Made by a program: the position numbers and the translations under genes. This document shows positions 12,769 through 25,810 of a stretch of 64,000 nucleotides of DNA, piece by piece. Under the pieces are notes generated by a model. It was given only the letters and a program-made list of their open reading frames with translations. It did not search any database and was not told where the DNA came from. The DNA is from Aplysia californica (Eukaryota): assembly GCF_000002075.1 (NCBI RefSeq), contig NW_004797659.1:508347-572346 (forward strand), written 5' to 3'. The stretch's first letter is position 1. Each line of letters starts with the position of its first letter.

Positions 12769-12891
12769 GTCAAAGAGTTTGTGGACGGAAGCGAAGAGGA
12801 ACAGGACAATCTGGTGAACCAGGTCCTGGAGGTGTGGGACACTGTCTACGAATCCATGCTGTCCTCGGAGGACAAGACCTCAGATCAAGTG
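12769..12891 (+). CDS. TMEM245: TMEM245 exon 10
   Basis: ttccag|GTC; VKEFVDGSEEEQDNLVNQVLEVWDTVYES...; donor GTG|gtcagt (or 3 nt earlier), phase 0. Confidence 0.85.
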
Positions 12892-13604
12892 GTCAGTTCA
12901 GTGGGCAATTTTTGAGGTGTTTTGGGTGGTCATTCGTCTTGTTGAGGAATCCAATAAGATATTTTTGACGAAGATGTTGGATATAAAGAGTAGAAACTGT
13001 GATTGTTGCAAAGGATGAGTCGATCGTTTTTTACTCTGCTGTTGGTGATATTTCCATAAAAAATTGTGAAAAGCTGTAGCTTTACAGAGTGATGTGTGTT
13101 GAGGCAGGGAGTAGAATTGAGGATTATTCCAATGGATGAGTCAACCTTGTAGTTAAGGAATGAAAAAAATGTCCATATCAACACTGTCTGGCGACTATAA
13201 AAAGTCAGGACTATTATTTTTTTGGGAGTGATGTGTGTGAAGTACATGGAGAAGAAAGGACGATTGCTCAGGAAGATGTGTCACATCTTTTGTAAGCTTA
13301 CACAGTCTTGTCTGGACATGATGAATCTGGGTTGTTAATGGAAAGGATTTGTGCTGAGTGGTATGTCAGATATTGAGGGCAAAAAAAGACTTGTTACACT
13401 CTGTAGTTGCTAATTTACTTTACTTTGATTATTCACAAATTATGAAGGGAAAATGTTTTTGTTTTTTTCTTTTTAGTTCACTGTATATTGTGTTAGCTAG
13501 TTTACTTTTGTTGTTGCTATTTAAAGATAAAATTTTTTAAAGAAAAATGTTTTGCTTTGCCATACATTGTATTTGCTTATTTTCTTTGTCATCAACTCTG
13601 CCAG

Positions 13605-13739
13605 AACAAAACGTCCAAGGTGGATCCGGTGACCTCCAACATGGACAACCTGTGGCAGATGTTGAGCCAGGGCAGCGGAATGTTCCAGATCAGCAACATC
13701 GTGGAGTTTGTCAAGGAAAACCTCGGCATGTTCATGTCG
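13605..13739 (+). CDS. TMEM245: TMEM245 exon 11
   Basis: gccag|AAC...TCG|gtcagt; ...IVEFVKENLGMFMS; phase 0 to 0. Confidence 0.88.
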
Positions 13740-13868
13740 GTCAGTGGCTCCAGCCTATCTCACTGCTAACCTGTCTCTTTGTGCGGCCTCATCATAGACA
13801 ATTTTCCAAAAACTTTTATTCAAAATTTATCCTTCCTCAAAGTTGTTCTCTCACATCCTAACCCCCCC

Positions 13869-16164
13869 TTCCATTTCAGTTTTCCTCTGAATAATATTGA
13901 TTTGAAGACTTGTTTGTTTCATGCGGTACCCAAATTAAGCTACATTTGACTAGCGTGCAACTGGTGCCTGTGGTGTAATAGTTAAGCTCTTTGCCACTGT
14001 GTGCTGAAGGTGTGACTTCGATTCCAGTGTGGGGAGATATTTTTGGTCTAGTATCTCTTCTCTGCTGGGATGTAGTATTTCATTCAGCACGAGTTGACCT
14101 TGACAGGCTGGGTGGAAGCACCCAATCTCCTAAATTATGTAAATTGCATAAATCAGGGTGTATTACAGTGGTAGTTCCTTTTACAACTTTCATGTACTAT
14201 TTTTGTGATTTTTGTGTCAGAGATATTTTACCTAATGAACTTCATTCATTCTTTTTGAAGATTTATTCACTCATTCATTCACTTGTAAATTTCTTATCCG
14301 CCTTCATTTGTTCATTCTTTTATTTGTCTATGTAAATTCATTTGTTTGTTTTGTTGTTTGCCTCATTTTGTTTTTATGGGTGTGGATTTTTTAAAATGCA
14401 TTTTTTAAAAATAATTTATTTGTTTATCCATTCTTTCATTTTTATCAGATCCAGAAAGAGAGCATGTACATGGTGACCTCTGCCCAGAACATTTTGAACA
14501 ATACTGTCAACTCTGACATGGCACAGTGAGTTTTGGGGGGGGGTTTTCTTTTCATTTTGACAGCACTTTAATTTTAGGGCCAATTTTTTCACTTGATGTA
14601 GTGATTGTATGATTGTTATTTTCACAGTGGAAGAAATCTTGAAAGCTTATTAGTTTTTAAGTTGTTGCTTCAAATAATATTATTTTTTTCTCCAAGAGAT
14701 TTGCAGAGTATTTTTTATGATCTCATGATTTTTGTTGTGGCAGAAGAGAACAGTTTTTGGTGGATTTCTGTGAGAGAGAGGAGGGGCGAATATATTCAAG
14801 TGTAGCAGCACAGTATTCTTCTTCTGATTTGCAAGTTGATGATTTTGGTGCAAATGGTGTAGTCCATCACTGCGGACCTGCGGTGCTGATGATGGGTAAG
14901 AGTCACCATGTGACTGGGTATTACAAATTATTGTTGATAGCAGCTGTGTTTAGTAATTGAATTATCTTTTTCTGTTTTGGGAGTGAGGGTTTGCAACTCT
15001 TCTTTATCTTTCCTGTGGGTCACATGCTCTGCTTTCAGAATGACCTGTTTGTTTCCTGTAAGGCCTTTATTGCAAGAACCCCCCTTCCCCTTCAGTTTGG
15101 TCATTGGTCATTATAAAGGTCTAGTTGTGTTTAAGAGATGTCCTACTTCAGAATGGCCAGAATTAGCTGTAAAACAAAGAGCCTGTCAATGAGGTGTGTC
15201 AGATTCTCCACACAAGAAAAACCCTGCTGAACAAAAGGTAAAGTAGAGAAGTACAATATTTTGGTCATATAAAACACCACCAGACCATTGTGAATTAGGT
15301 GTTCGAAGGAAAGATGTGGGGCAGGAGAGCTAGGGGAAGACAAAGAGTAACATGAACAGACAACGTTAAGACACAGACTGGCCTGGGTATGGCAGAATGT
15401 GGAACCGCAGCTGAGGGCTGTGAGCACTGGAGGGTCCTTACAAGTCGAGGGTTTTTTTATTGTTTATTTCTCAGGTGTCTTTGCAAGTGTAAATTCCACA
15501 CTAATAAGTCCATGAAAATCAATGCTTGCATCATGCATTGTTTTGAAGGAAAATTATTGGTTTTTATTGTTTGTTTGTTGTTTTTGATCAGGTGGATGCC
15601 AGGAGCGGATGAGATGCGCAGCACGATGGATGAGGTTCTGCACAAGACTCATGAGTATGGGAGAAACTTCATTGCATCCAAGGTACTCTATGGCGGATCA
15701 TCATCATTACCTTTTACGCCTTGAATCAGGATAAAGGCCAAAGTCAAATACTTCTGAGTTTCTCTCTCTTGGGATAGCCTCTTTTTTCCCATGTCTTTCC
15801 TCTTTTCTGTACCTTCTGTCAACTGGAGCTTTCTGGGAGACGACAAGACCTAATCATCTTTAGTTGCTTCATATGCCATGCAGTATTATTGCAGGAGTTA
15901 TTCTTTACTCCCGTTAGTAAAACCATGAAGACCCCCTCCCCCCCAACAGGGCTGAAACGGCAGATGTCAGAGGGCATTTGCAGTAATTTTTAAAAAAACT
16001 GCTGTGCTTTTTGTTGACGTATGACATAAAATAGTGATTTTTGCCATTTTTAATGGCATGAATTCAGGTCATTCATATTATGTTAAAAGAGTCATTACTG
16101 CATTGGAACACGTACCATTAGTCGACTCAAATAGCAATTTAAAATAATTATGAACAATTAAATT
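13869..16164 (+). repeat. Near-identical 2296-bp direct copy of 10324-12619, containing duplicate TMEM245 exons 8 (14449-14525) and 9 (15592-15682)
   Basis: Constant offset of 3545; only one substitution noticed (11597 a vs 15142 c); ends at an N gap. Confidence 0.95.
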
Positions 16165-16554
16165 NNNNNNNNNNNNNNNNNNNNNNNNNNNNNNNNNNNN
16201 NNNNNNNNNNNNNNNNNNNNNNNNNNNNNNNNNNNNNNNNNNNNNNNNNNNNNNNNNNNNNNNNCCCCCCTTTTTTTTTTTAAAGGAGAATGTCAGTGAG
16301 TCTAGGCTTTTGAGTGTAGATGTGTCTGTGTGTGTGTTGGTCTCACAATATGTTCTTTTGTCATTTGATCTGTTGGTTAAGTTTTGAGTAGTAATTCTGC
16401 GTTGCACAGCATGCTTAGCCTTCTGGGGATTAGGTGCCATATAGATTCCAATTTTTGTTACTATGTTTATTGTTATTATTTATATTATTATTATTATTTT
16501 TACTACTATTGTTGTTGATATATTATTACTATTATTATGAACAAGTTTACTGAA

Positions 16555-16697
16555 CTTCTCTCCTTTGAAACATCTATCTTCCTTATCTCTCCTCCTCCTT
16601 CTTTTTTGAGTTTTCACTCTCTTGTAATACCTCTAATCTTCAGTACTGATATGACCTAATTGTGTTGCAAGTGCAGTGAAACACTTACTATAACATT
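16555..16697 (+). mobile_element. Family B copy (5' truncated)
   Basis: ctcttgtaatacctctaatcttcagtact...atgacctaattgtgttgcaagtgc. Confidence 0.8.
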
Positions 16698-16722
16698 ACT
16701 GGACTCTGGTGTGTGTTCCCAG

Positions 16723-16856
16723 ATCATCTTCCTGACCACACTGTTCTACCTGTTGGCCTCCAGTGGAAACATGTACAAACCTGCCGAGGTCTTCTCCAAC
16801 ATGAGCCCGGGCTCCACTGGCAGCAGGCTGGGTCAAGCTTTCGAAGAAGCAATCAG
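16723..16856 (+). CDS. TMEM245: TMEM245 exon 13 (exon 12 apparently missing from the assembly)
   Basis: ttcccag|ATC...AG|gtacgt; IIFLTTLFYLLASSGNMYKP...FEEAI; phase 0 to 2. Confidence 0.92.
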
Positions 16857-17465
16857 GTACGTGGTAACTAACAAGCTTAACTCTCCTGATGTGTGCGATG
16901 AAGTATTGTTTTATTTTTCAGACTTTTTAGAGTTCAGTTTTCACTGCTGGCCTCCTATTTAAAAAAAAAAAATGATGTATTAACTCATTGCTGACGCCCT
17001 GTAAGAATATTCGTATCCAGGCAGCCACCAGACTACGAGAAAATCCGAATCCCTTTTTGTCTCTATAAAACTTTCACCAGTCCATTATTTCCAAGTTTAA
17101 AAAAAACTATTCATGAGTTACCATTCTTGTATTTCCGTATGCTTATTGTCCGCTAATTTTGTAACTGTTTGGAGGGAAAGTTATTGCAATTTTAGTGTGG
17201 GTACCTTAATTTTTTAGCGTTGCTGGAGGCTGCCCAGGTGGGTGTGTCTGCTCAGGGAGGCAACTCAGGTGGAAGTGGGTTAAACAAATTAAAAGATTGA
17301 AGTACTGACAACAGCGGATTAATCGACAGCCTCAACAAAGGTCATACAATATGTTTGTGCTGATTGTTGTTAGGTTACTCCTTCATGTCAGTCTTAAGAT
17401 AATTACAAATATACCTTAATTAATGTGAATGAGCCGGTTGTGTGAACTAGATGTTACACTCATAA

Positions 17466-17666
<201 letters not shown>

Positions 17667-18205
17667 TAAACAGACCAAATCCAAGACTCTCCTATATTTC
17701 TTTAAAAGAATGTTTATACTTGTGTTTCCTTTGTTTCCTTCATTAGACCTTCAGCAAAGTATGCTAATATCTTGTTGGAGTCAACTCTTCATACCCCTAT
17801 CATGCACTTGTATGAAACCTTGGTGACTAAATATTTAAGGTTGCTTTCTTTCTTCTTTTTTTTTTTCTTGATGACTTAATTTGCATGAACTTTTGCCCAA
17901 CCCCTTTGATTTATTTTGTTTTTTGCAAGATGGTTCATTCTTTTAAAAAAAGTCTCGAATATTAGTCAGCATTTTTGTAGATGTCTTTTAGAACAATCCT
18001 TGCTCCCCTTTAGATGCTGAATATGTCATGCCTTTAAAAAAAGTATTGGAACACACTGTAACATAGATATTGTCAACTGTGTTTTTAGGGGATTTTGTTT
18101 TGTGTTTCATATAAAGGAGTCTTTGGTTTTGGTAAATCTCTCTTTGTGATTATCCACATTTGTTTGTCATTTTGTTTTCATTTTTGTTTTTTAAAATGTA
18201 TTTGA

Positions 18206-18397
<192 letters not shown>

Positions 18398-18754
18398 TGA
18401 GTAGCTTTTCGTTGTACTTTCGCGACAAAATTTCTACATATGTGGTATGCCGGGGTCTCTGGATCTTTCCCATGAAACATCTACCGTCCTTATCTCTTCT
18501 TTTTTGTTTGTGTGTTACTTTGTAGTAACACCTCTTATCTTCAGCATGTATATCTTGAGCGAGGTTAATGTTTGTTGATTTTTTTTCTCTCCTATTTCTC
18601 AACTGTAAAGCGCAGAGAGCGTGGATATGCGCTATTAAATGCAGTTATTATTATTGTTATTGTTGTTATTATAATTATTATTTTTTAAAGTAATGTTGTT
18701 ATTATTGTAAATATTATTACAATTTTAATTTTGATTATTTTTATTATCTGTCAG

Positions 18755-18912
18755 GGGCCACCCGTACGTCACTGGCTTGGCCATCGCGGGCGGGATGTAC
18801 TGCATGGGCCTGGAGGGGGCTATCATCGGCCCCATCATCCTGTGCTGTCTCATCGTGGTGGTGAATATGTACAGCGGACTGCTGCGTAACGAACCCAGCA
18901 CTCCCACTCCGG
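18755..18912 (+). CDS. TMEM245: TMEM245 exon 16
   Basis: gtcag|G...G|gtgagt; [34 protein letters not shown]; phase 2 to 1. Confidence 0.93.
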
Positions 18913-18929
18913 GTGAGTCAAGTGCATAC

Positions 18930-19038
18930 GCGTACGCACACACGTACCCATGCACACACAGACACGCGAACACACACACACATACACAGACATAAGTACA
19001 CTCTCGTATTTAGACACACACGCACATTCACACGCACG

Positions 19039-19094
<56 letters not shown>

Positions 19095-19300
19095 GACATA
19101 AGTACTCTCACATATTCAGACACGCACGCTTACACATTAACATACACACACACACACACACACAAACACATATACACACACATAAACAAACACACACACC
19201 AAACACACACATATACACATACCCACACACATGAACACGAAAACATATTCAAAACACACAATTATAATTGACACTCATAAAAGCGCACAAACTCATGCAA
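18930..19300. repeat. (CA)n-rich microsatellite
   Basis: Seen directly. Confidence 0.95.
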
Positions 19301-19765
19301 ACCCACTCATCTCATCATATAGTCTTATCTATCTTTCTTATACAAATGCACCCACATGTGGTTTTTTTCTATATTCTTCTTCTTCTATATTATTGGGTTT
19401 TTTCTATATCAGTTGTCCACCTTTGTAAGACGACCAGTGTTCCCCCTGACAATGGATGGCCACCTTGGAAAGTTTTGACTGTATTTGTAATTGCTAATCT
19501 ATGAGTGCATTTTTGTAGTCATGATTTTAGCAATATTGTGAGGGAGGAGGGGCCCTTTTTTGCAGTTTTCGTTTTCATTATGTTTGTTCATTTGTAAACA
19601 AGTAATAAGACTGTGTCAGATTTGTTTAAAGCGTTCTTTCTTTATGTTTATTTATTTGTGAACACACAATAAGACTGTCAGATTTTTCTCTGTTTTGTTT
19701 ATGTCAGCTTGTTTGGTTTTTAGAACAAATAGTAAGGTAATGTTGGATAATAACTATATCCTGTG

Positions 19766-19944
19766 TGTGGGTGGTTCGCAGGTACTCTGGTGTGGTTTGC
19801 TCCTTCTTTCCTATCAAACATCTATCTTCCTTTTTTTCTCCTCCTTTTTTGTGTATGTTACTCTCTTGTAACACCTCTGATCGTTTGCACTTATATGACC
19901 TTATTGTGTTACAAGTGCTGTAAAACTCTAACTAAAACTAAAAT
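19766..19944 (+). mobile_element. ~185-bp retroposon-like family B (GTGGGTGGTT... stem-loop...(ACTAAA)n)
   Basis: Defined 5' end, 3' hairpin and tandem tail; ~27-bp imperfect TSD (atgttggataataac...atcctgtgt). Confidence 0.85.
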
Positions 19945-19991
19945 AAGATGATGTTGGATAATAACATCATCCTGTGTTGCTTTGCCATTAG

Positions 19992-20015
19992 GGACAAAGT
20001 CCAAACCTAAGGCGG
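19992..20015 (+). CDS. TMEM245: Candidate TMEM245 24-nt microexon (GTKSKPKA)
   Basis: ctttgccattag|GG...G|gtaggt, phase 1 to 1; alternative donor AG|gtacat at 20020. Confidence 0.5.
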
Positions 20016-23000
20016 GTAGGTACATGGTTGTTACTGCGAGGAGTTTCTAACTTTTCCTGCCCTCTTTAATCGCATGACGTATTTTAACGGAGTATTATTC
20101 TATATAACTTTTTACATTAGGTGCTTCAAGCTTTGACCTCAATCTATGAGTGTGGAGTGGCAGCATGGGAAGTTCTCAAATTTGTATGACTCGAGTGTCA
20201 ATGCAATTTTTTTTTCGTGGAATTGTGACTCTTTCACTTCCATCTCTTCTCCCTTCGTCCAGTTTTAGTCAAAGGATTTTTTTTTTAAAATTTTTTAAAC
20301 AGCAACCAGCATAAATGTCTATTTCTCTTTCTCTTGTTGCAATTTGTTGCCTCTGACATTCATAATGAGAGTAGTTGGATTGTGCCACTGGTAGATTTTA
20401 CATCTTTTTCCTCTCCTACTTTGTGTCTGTCTGTCTGTTCTACTTTTTGTGGACATTATTTGTCTGCTATTGCATCACTGTGCTTTTCTTTACTCAAATG
20501 AACTTTCATAATCTTGTGATGGGCAGAGCAAGTGCCTTATAGCAGTCGGATGGTTTCGCACCTCTTGGAATGTTATGTGAAGTTTGACAGTCTATGGTGG
20601 ACATATACAGTGGAATATTATGTTTCATGACAATGCGAATTGTGAAAAGATGAGCCTTTCCACAGCAATGACAATATTGTAAATAGTTTTTGTAGTGCCT
20701 AATTGCATTTGTGTCCTCACAAAGTTAGCGGCCTGGCTCTAGATACTCTGCTCTGTAAGTTTCTGCTGTTTCTTCTCTGTTTGTCCATGGTGTCATTTGG
20801 TTGTGCAGTTTTGTGGATTTTAAAGCACTCGTGCATTATGGGGCATGGCATCTGTTTGACAGCTCTGCCCAGACATTGGATTTTTTGTCAGCAAACTACT
20901 TCATCCATAATGTTTTAACTTTAACCACAAAAACATGTTTCAGCTTCCAATATATGGGTATAATCTTGTTTTTTAACACTTTGAGCCCTGGCTCCCTTAG
21001 CCTCCTAGGCCCAAGGCCCTTGCACCTGAGCTCCTCTATGTCAACTGCTAGATTTACAACTCTGTACACTGAGTTTGGTGTTTTGTGTGCACATGGGTAA
21101 AGGTAGTACAAGCTCAGCATGCACTCAGGTCAGAAGAGTTCATGAACATTTGCGGGGCAGCCTGCATGAATTGAATTCGCCCTGATCTTTGGTGAATTCT
21201 TTTTTTTTTTTTTTTACTGTAGAAGATTTTTATTTTATTACAGCTCCTCATTGCACAGAATGCTTCTAAGTTATATAGGGTGATCTGCTAAGGGTTGTTG
21301 GTGTTTGAACAACTGTTACCTAACTTTTTTCAATGTTACTATTGCTGCTTGTGTTTGATGAAATACAGCAGTTACTTTTGGCTTCTGTTTTGTAGTGGGT
21401 AGGATGCAAGGATCATCCCTTTTGCCCGAAGTCTACGCGAATGTGATTGTAATCGCAGATGGTTGGAGGGTGCCACTGCTCGTAGGTCCAGCTTCTTTAC
21501 TTTCTCTCTCTGTTGTTTCTGTCTGTCTGTCTTACTTTTTCCCAGTGCTAAATAGCCTTTATTGTGTCGATGTGCTTCTCTTTACTCAAACAAAAAATCA
21601 AGTGATTCTCGTGTGGGGAAGTTTGTTTTTTTATTGAATGTCTCCATCTGTTTTCTGGGGTACTGTGTCTGACTCGGCCCAGGTTGATCCTGGCAGACAG
21701 AGTTGAAGCAGCCTGCCTCCTAGTGATCTACATCGTGTTGTTGTTAGGGAAAGACAGTTACCGTCAGCGGCAGTCAATGTGATGTTGAAGTGTATTCTGG
21801 GTCTCGCTCTGTTGTTTCGCCTTTTGTTTGATGGAGATATTTGTTGGGGTTTTTTTTTTTATACAATGGGATGGACAGGGAGGTTGCTAGAGTGTCCTCT
21901 TCAGGGTTAATGGATGTCCAGCTCAGAACTCAAAGTGCTTCGATATTGGATTCGGGGATTTGAGCCTCAGCTGTATCCTTTGCTGTGTCCTCGGGAAAGG
22001 CACTTTTTACTAATTTTCTATTTGGGTTGGGGTTTTTTCGGAGATGTATGTTAAAACTTGGAGGTCCTGCCTCTTTAATAGTCTAATGATGTCGATAGTG
22101 GTGTTAAAACTTTACCATTATCACATTACCAACACTGTATGGTTTGTTTGTGTGTGTGTTGGAGAGGGGGGGGGGGGCATTCACTCAGTGTCATGCCGGT
22201 CTACAGTGTGGGTGCTTCTTGGTTAATATCCTCGATAGAGCATTTCTGTACTTGATTAGTTTGGGGACCTTTTAAAAGCTCTTTCGTTTCCTTCTCTTGT
22301 TTGTTTCTTTTTTTTTTCTGTGCTGTAAATGGCCTTAATCATGTTAATGTACTTCTCTTTAGTCTATCAAATATTCCAACTAAAATGTTTTTATCATACC
22401 GATATATGCTTCTCTTTACCCGAAAACAAATTCATTCCTGTTACGTTTTCGTTTCCCCCGTTCTGAGAGCGTAACCATCATTTATCCCTCGTTTAGTTTG
22501 CTTCACGCCGTGTTTGAATCATTTCAGTGATGTGGACTCCCAGACTGAGGTGCAAGGTTCACTCTTTCCGTTGGTTTCATTTTCCACCTTTGTTTTTTTA
22601 TTCTTTTTCTTTTCTTCGACAGCCATTTGGAACAAGCGATTGAGGTTGCAGTTTCTCTTCCATTCTCCTTTTTACCTTGTATTGTGAGAAATCTGAGCAC
22701 GTTTACATTGGGTGGCTTGAAATACTCATATTAACTGAGGAAAAATTAGTGGTTTTTATTTTAACTCTGACACGAGTGAGTAACTTGTAGCTGACCAATT
22801 GATTCACTTCGTTCTTCCCGCTCTATCAGTTAACCAACTGTTGTCAGTACTTTAATAATTCTACCTCTGTTTGGTAGTTACAGCTCCACTTAGTATTATA
22901 TAGTATTAATTACCCCCCCCCCAAAAAAAAACACACACACAGAGACATCCACCATGATATGCCCCCCCCCCCCCCTCCTCAACACTTTTTAGGCAAAAGG

Positions 23001-23697
23001 AACACTTTTCAGCATAGCGAACAATTTTCAGCATTGTGATCTTCCTTAGAGCCGAGCAACGCAATTTGCCAGGAGTCAAATAGTTTTCTTCGTCACGCTT
23101 TACGATGTCTTCCAATGAAATAAACTGTTGAACATCCTAAGAATTAGGATTGACTTAAGTTAAGTCCATATAAAATCTGGAAGGAAATAAATGTTAAAGC
23201 AAGATACGACAACGGTTTGAATAATATTGGAACAAAAACAAAAATGTCATATTAGTGGTGTAAAAAATTCTTCAGCAGTTCAGAGACAAAATGCAATATC
23301 TTGTAATTCTGAAAAGATGATTTTTGTAAGGGATTGTTGCAGAAAGAGGGACAATTTTTGTTTTTAATTTCCCATTTTAGGATAGGGAGGCATTCTCGAT
23401 CATCATTCCCCCCCCCCCTTTCTCCAAACCACCCCAATTTCTATTGTAGACTTGTTTGGATTACTCACAGTACTTTCTGTATTCACTTGAGTAGGTTTTT
23501 TCGGTTTCTTCTTGCCCTACTTCTTGGCTACCAGGTTTTGTGGGACTTTGCAGCATTTTTGTTTGGTAGAGGGTGCTATTGTTGTCTGTTATTTGCATAT
23601 TCATAGTTTGTCTCTGGTTTCAGACTGTGTGTGAAATGTCATGTGCACTTTTTGATAACTTGTTCTCCCCAGGCGGCTACAGCAGACAGTTGGTTCT

Positions 23698-23698
23698 T

Positions 23699-23734
<36 letters not shown>

Positions 23735-23818
23735 AGTCTCTCTCTCTCTCTGTCTCTCTCTCTCTCCTTTTCTCTCCCCTTTTCTCTCCCCCCTATCTTC
23801 CTATCTCTCTTTATCTAT
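23698..23818. repeat. (CT)n microsatellite
   Basis: Seen directly. Confidence 0.95.
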
Positions 23819-24170
23819 CNNNNNNNNNNNNNNNNNNNNNNNNNNNNNNNNNNNNNNNNNNNNNNNNNNNNNNNNNNNNNNNNNNNNNNNNNNNNNNNNN
23901 NNNNNNNNNNNNNNNNNNNNNNNNNNNNNNNNNNNNNNNNNNNNNNNNNNNNNNNNNNNNNNNNNNNNNNNNNNNNNNNNNNNNNNNNNNNNNNNNNNNN
24001 NNNNNNNNNNNNNNNNNNNNNNNNNNNNNNNNNNNNNNNNNNNNNNNNNNNNNNNNNNNNNNNNNNNNNNNNNNNNNNNNNNNNNNNNCCTCCCTCCCCA
24101 AACCTGACCAGCACAGGAGAGCATCATCCTCTTTCCCTCCCATCATTTGTTTCGTTGTCTCACTCCTCAG

Positions 24171-24240
24171 CGAGGACTAACTTTAGTCTTCTGTCTTTAA
24201 TGGCTGGCCCGCAGAGGAGGGACACGTTTAAGACATCACG
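24171..24240 (+). CDS. TMEM245: Candidate TMEM245 penultimate exon (ARTNFSLLSLMAGPQRRDTFKTSR)
   Basis: Long pyrimidine tract then ctcag|CG...CG|gtgaag; phase 1 to 2, which bridges exon 16 or the microexon to the terminal exon. Confidence 0.6.
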
Positions 24241-25566
24241 GTGAAGTTTCCCCCCACCCCCACCCCCGATTCTCTTTCCTGTTTACCCATCTACTCTTCA
24301 CAAAGAGAATAAGAGCCATGTGTTGTCCGTTTAAGATAAACTCTCAAACATCATTTACGTTCAGTGTGTTCTTTAATTAATAAACTGCTTTCTTTCTTCT
24401 TTTTTTTTTCCAAAAGAAAAAAATTGCAATGCTAGATCTACTGGCGGATTTAGAAAAACAGTTTATTATACCTATACTATAGATAAAGTTCACAGAGATC
24501 TTTGATTACGGTTTAAATATAACTGCATGGCGCAAATGAACTCCCTTTTTCGAGCTGGTGTGGGGCTTGATTTGCTGGGAAGTAGATTTTGTTTCCAGGT
24601 AGTAAATTTGTTCAGCAAATATTGGTGGACACCGTGTGCTTTACTTTCCACTGACACTGTTTGGATCATTTAGGAGGTGGGCTGTGCCTCAACAATCATT
24701 TCCTTTCAACAAAACTTATGATGAGGTACACAGTGGCATATCAAGTCAGATGCGATAATATCATATTCTAAGATAATCGTTAAGAAGTTTGATGTGTATT
24801 AATTAAGGAGCTTGATAAGTATGTGCATGTTTGGCTCAATAGATGATGAAATTATGAATGAGTCTACATTCAAATGGAGTTCTTTAAACTTTTCTCTGTC
24901 GACTTAGTGACCTGATAGGGAATCTAGTGCTGTGCCCCCAAAATAACATGTTCATGTCTAGAAGGGCGATATACGTACTCAGAAAGTGAAAATGAATGGA
25001 AAGAGTTTATTTTAAGTGGATTTCACTGTCCATGGAGCCTTGACGTGTCTTTCTATAGTTTCTCTTCCTGCCCACCCAACATACCATGCCTCTGTTTTTG
25101 TATCATTTTCATCGTGTTTTTCTGTCATGTGCTTCCTGCTTCATATACATAAATTGTATTCCAAACCTTCACCCTGTATATTATGTGTTCTGCCTTAATT
25201 TGAATGGATGTTGCTTCTGGAAAAAGTATAGTGGGTGGTTAGCGGGTGCTCTGATGTGGATTACTCCTTTCCTTTCAAACTTCTATCATTCTTTCAATGG
25301 CAGATTTCTCGAATTCTACTCAAACTAGATGGGGTTTCTGTTTCATCTAAAGAAAGTCAAATGAACAAGCTTTAAGATGATGCTAATCGCTTCATTTGCC
25401 CAAAAATTGATGAGTGCCTGATTCCACCATGTCAGGACACAAATGTCTCTTCAAAAGGTTAGGTGACTACCACTCTACCACATACCACATCATATTTCTT
25501 TGAAAAGTCATTATTAAAAGTGAACGTGAGAAATTGTACATTACTCATAATTATTCTGCTTTTCAC

Positions 25567-25810
25567 ATGCTGCCGTAAGCTGACAAAGTGCCTTTTTAAA
25601 ATTCACAGCAGTTTCAAGATAAAGAGGCTTTTTTTTACTGTAATCATTTAAAAAAGGCGCTCTTCCGAAATTTGAATTCTAAGTTATTCAAAAATAATTA
25701 CAGTTTCACTTAATTTTTTTCACACTAGTAGGGTAACTGATCAGGCTTTTGCAAATAAAAAAATTTAATGCCAAAAATGAAAATGGGTATTTTGTCATCT
25801 TACGGCAGTG
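25567..25810. mobile_element. ~240-bp TIR MITE (related copy 37865-38104)
   Basis: CTGCCGTAAGCTGACAAA ... TTTGTCATCTTACGGCAG. Confidence 0.6.

Noticed and set aside
18725-19234. His/Thr-rich and Cys/Val-rich ORFs
   Set aside because: They are translations of the (CA)n microsatellite.
21241-21300. Possible miR-32/miR-92-family hairpin (CATTGCACAG...); vertebrate TMEM245 hosts miR-32
   Set aside because: Only the seed-like ATTGCAC matches and the fold by eye is imperfect; it cannot be supported without folding and small-RNA data.
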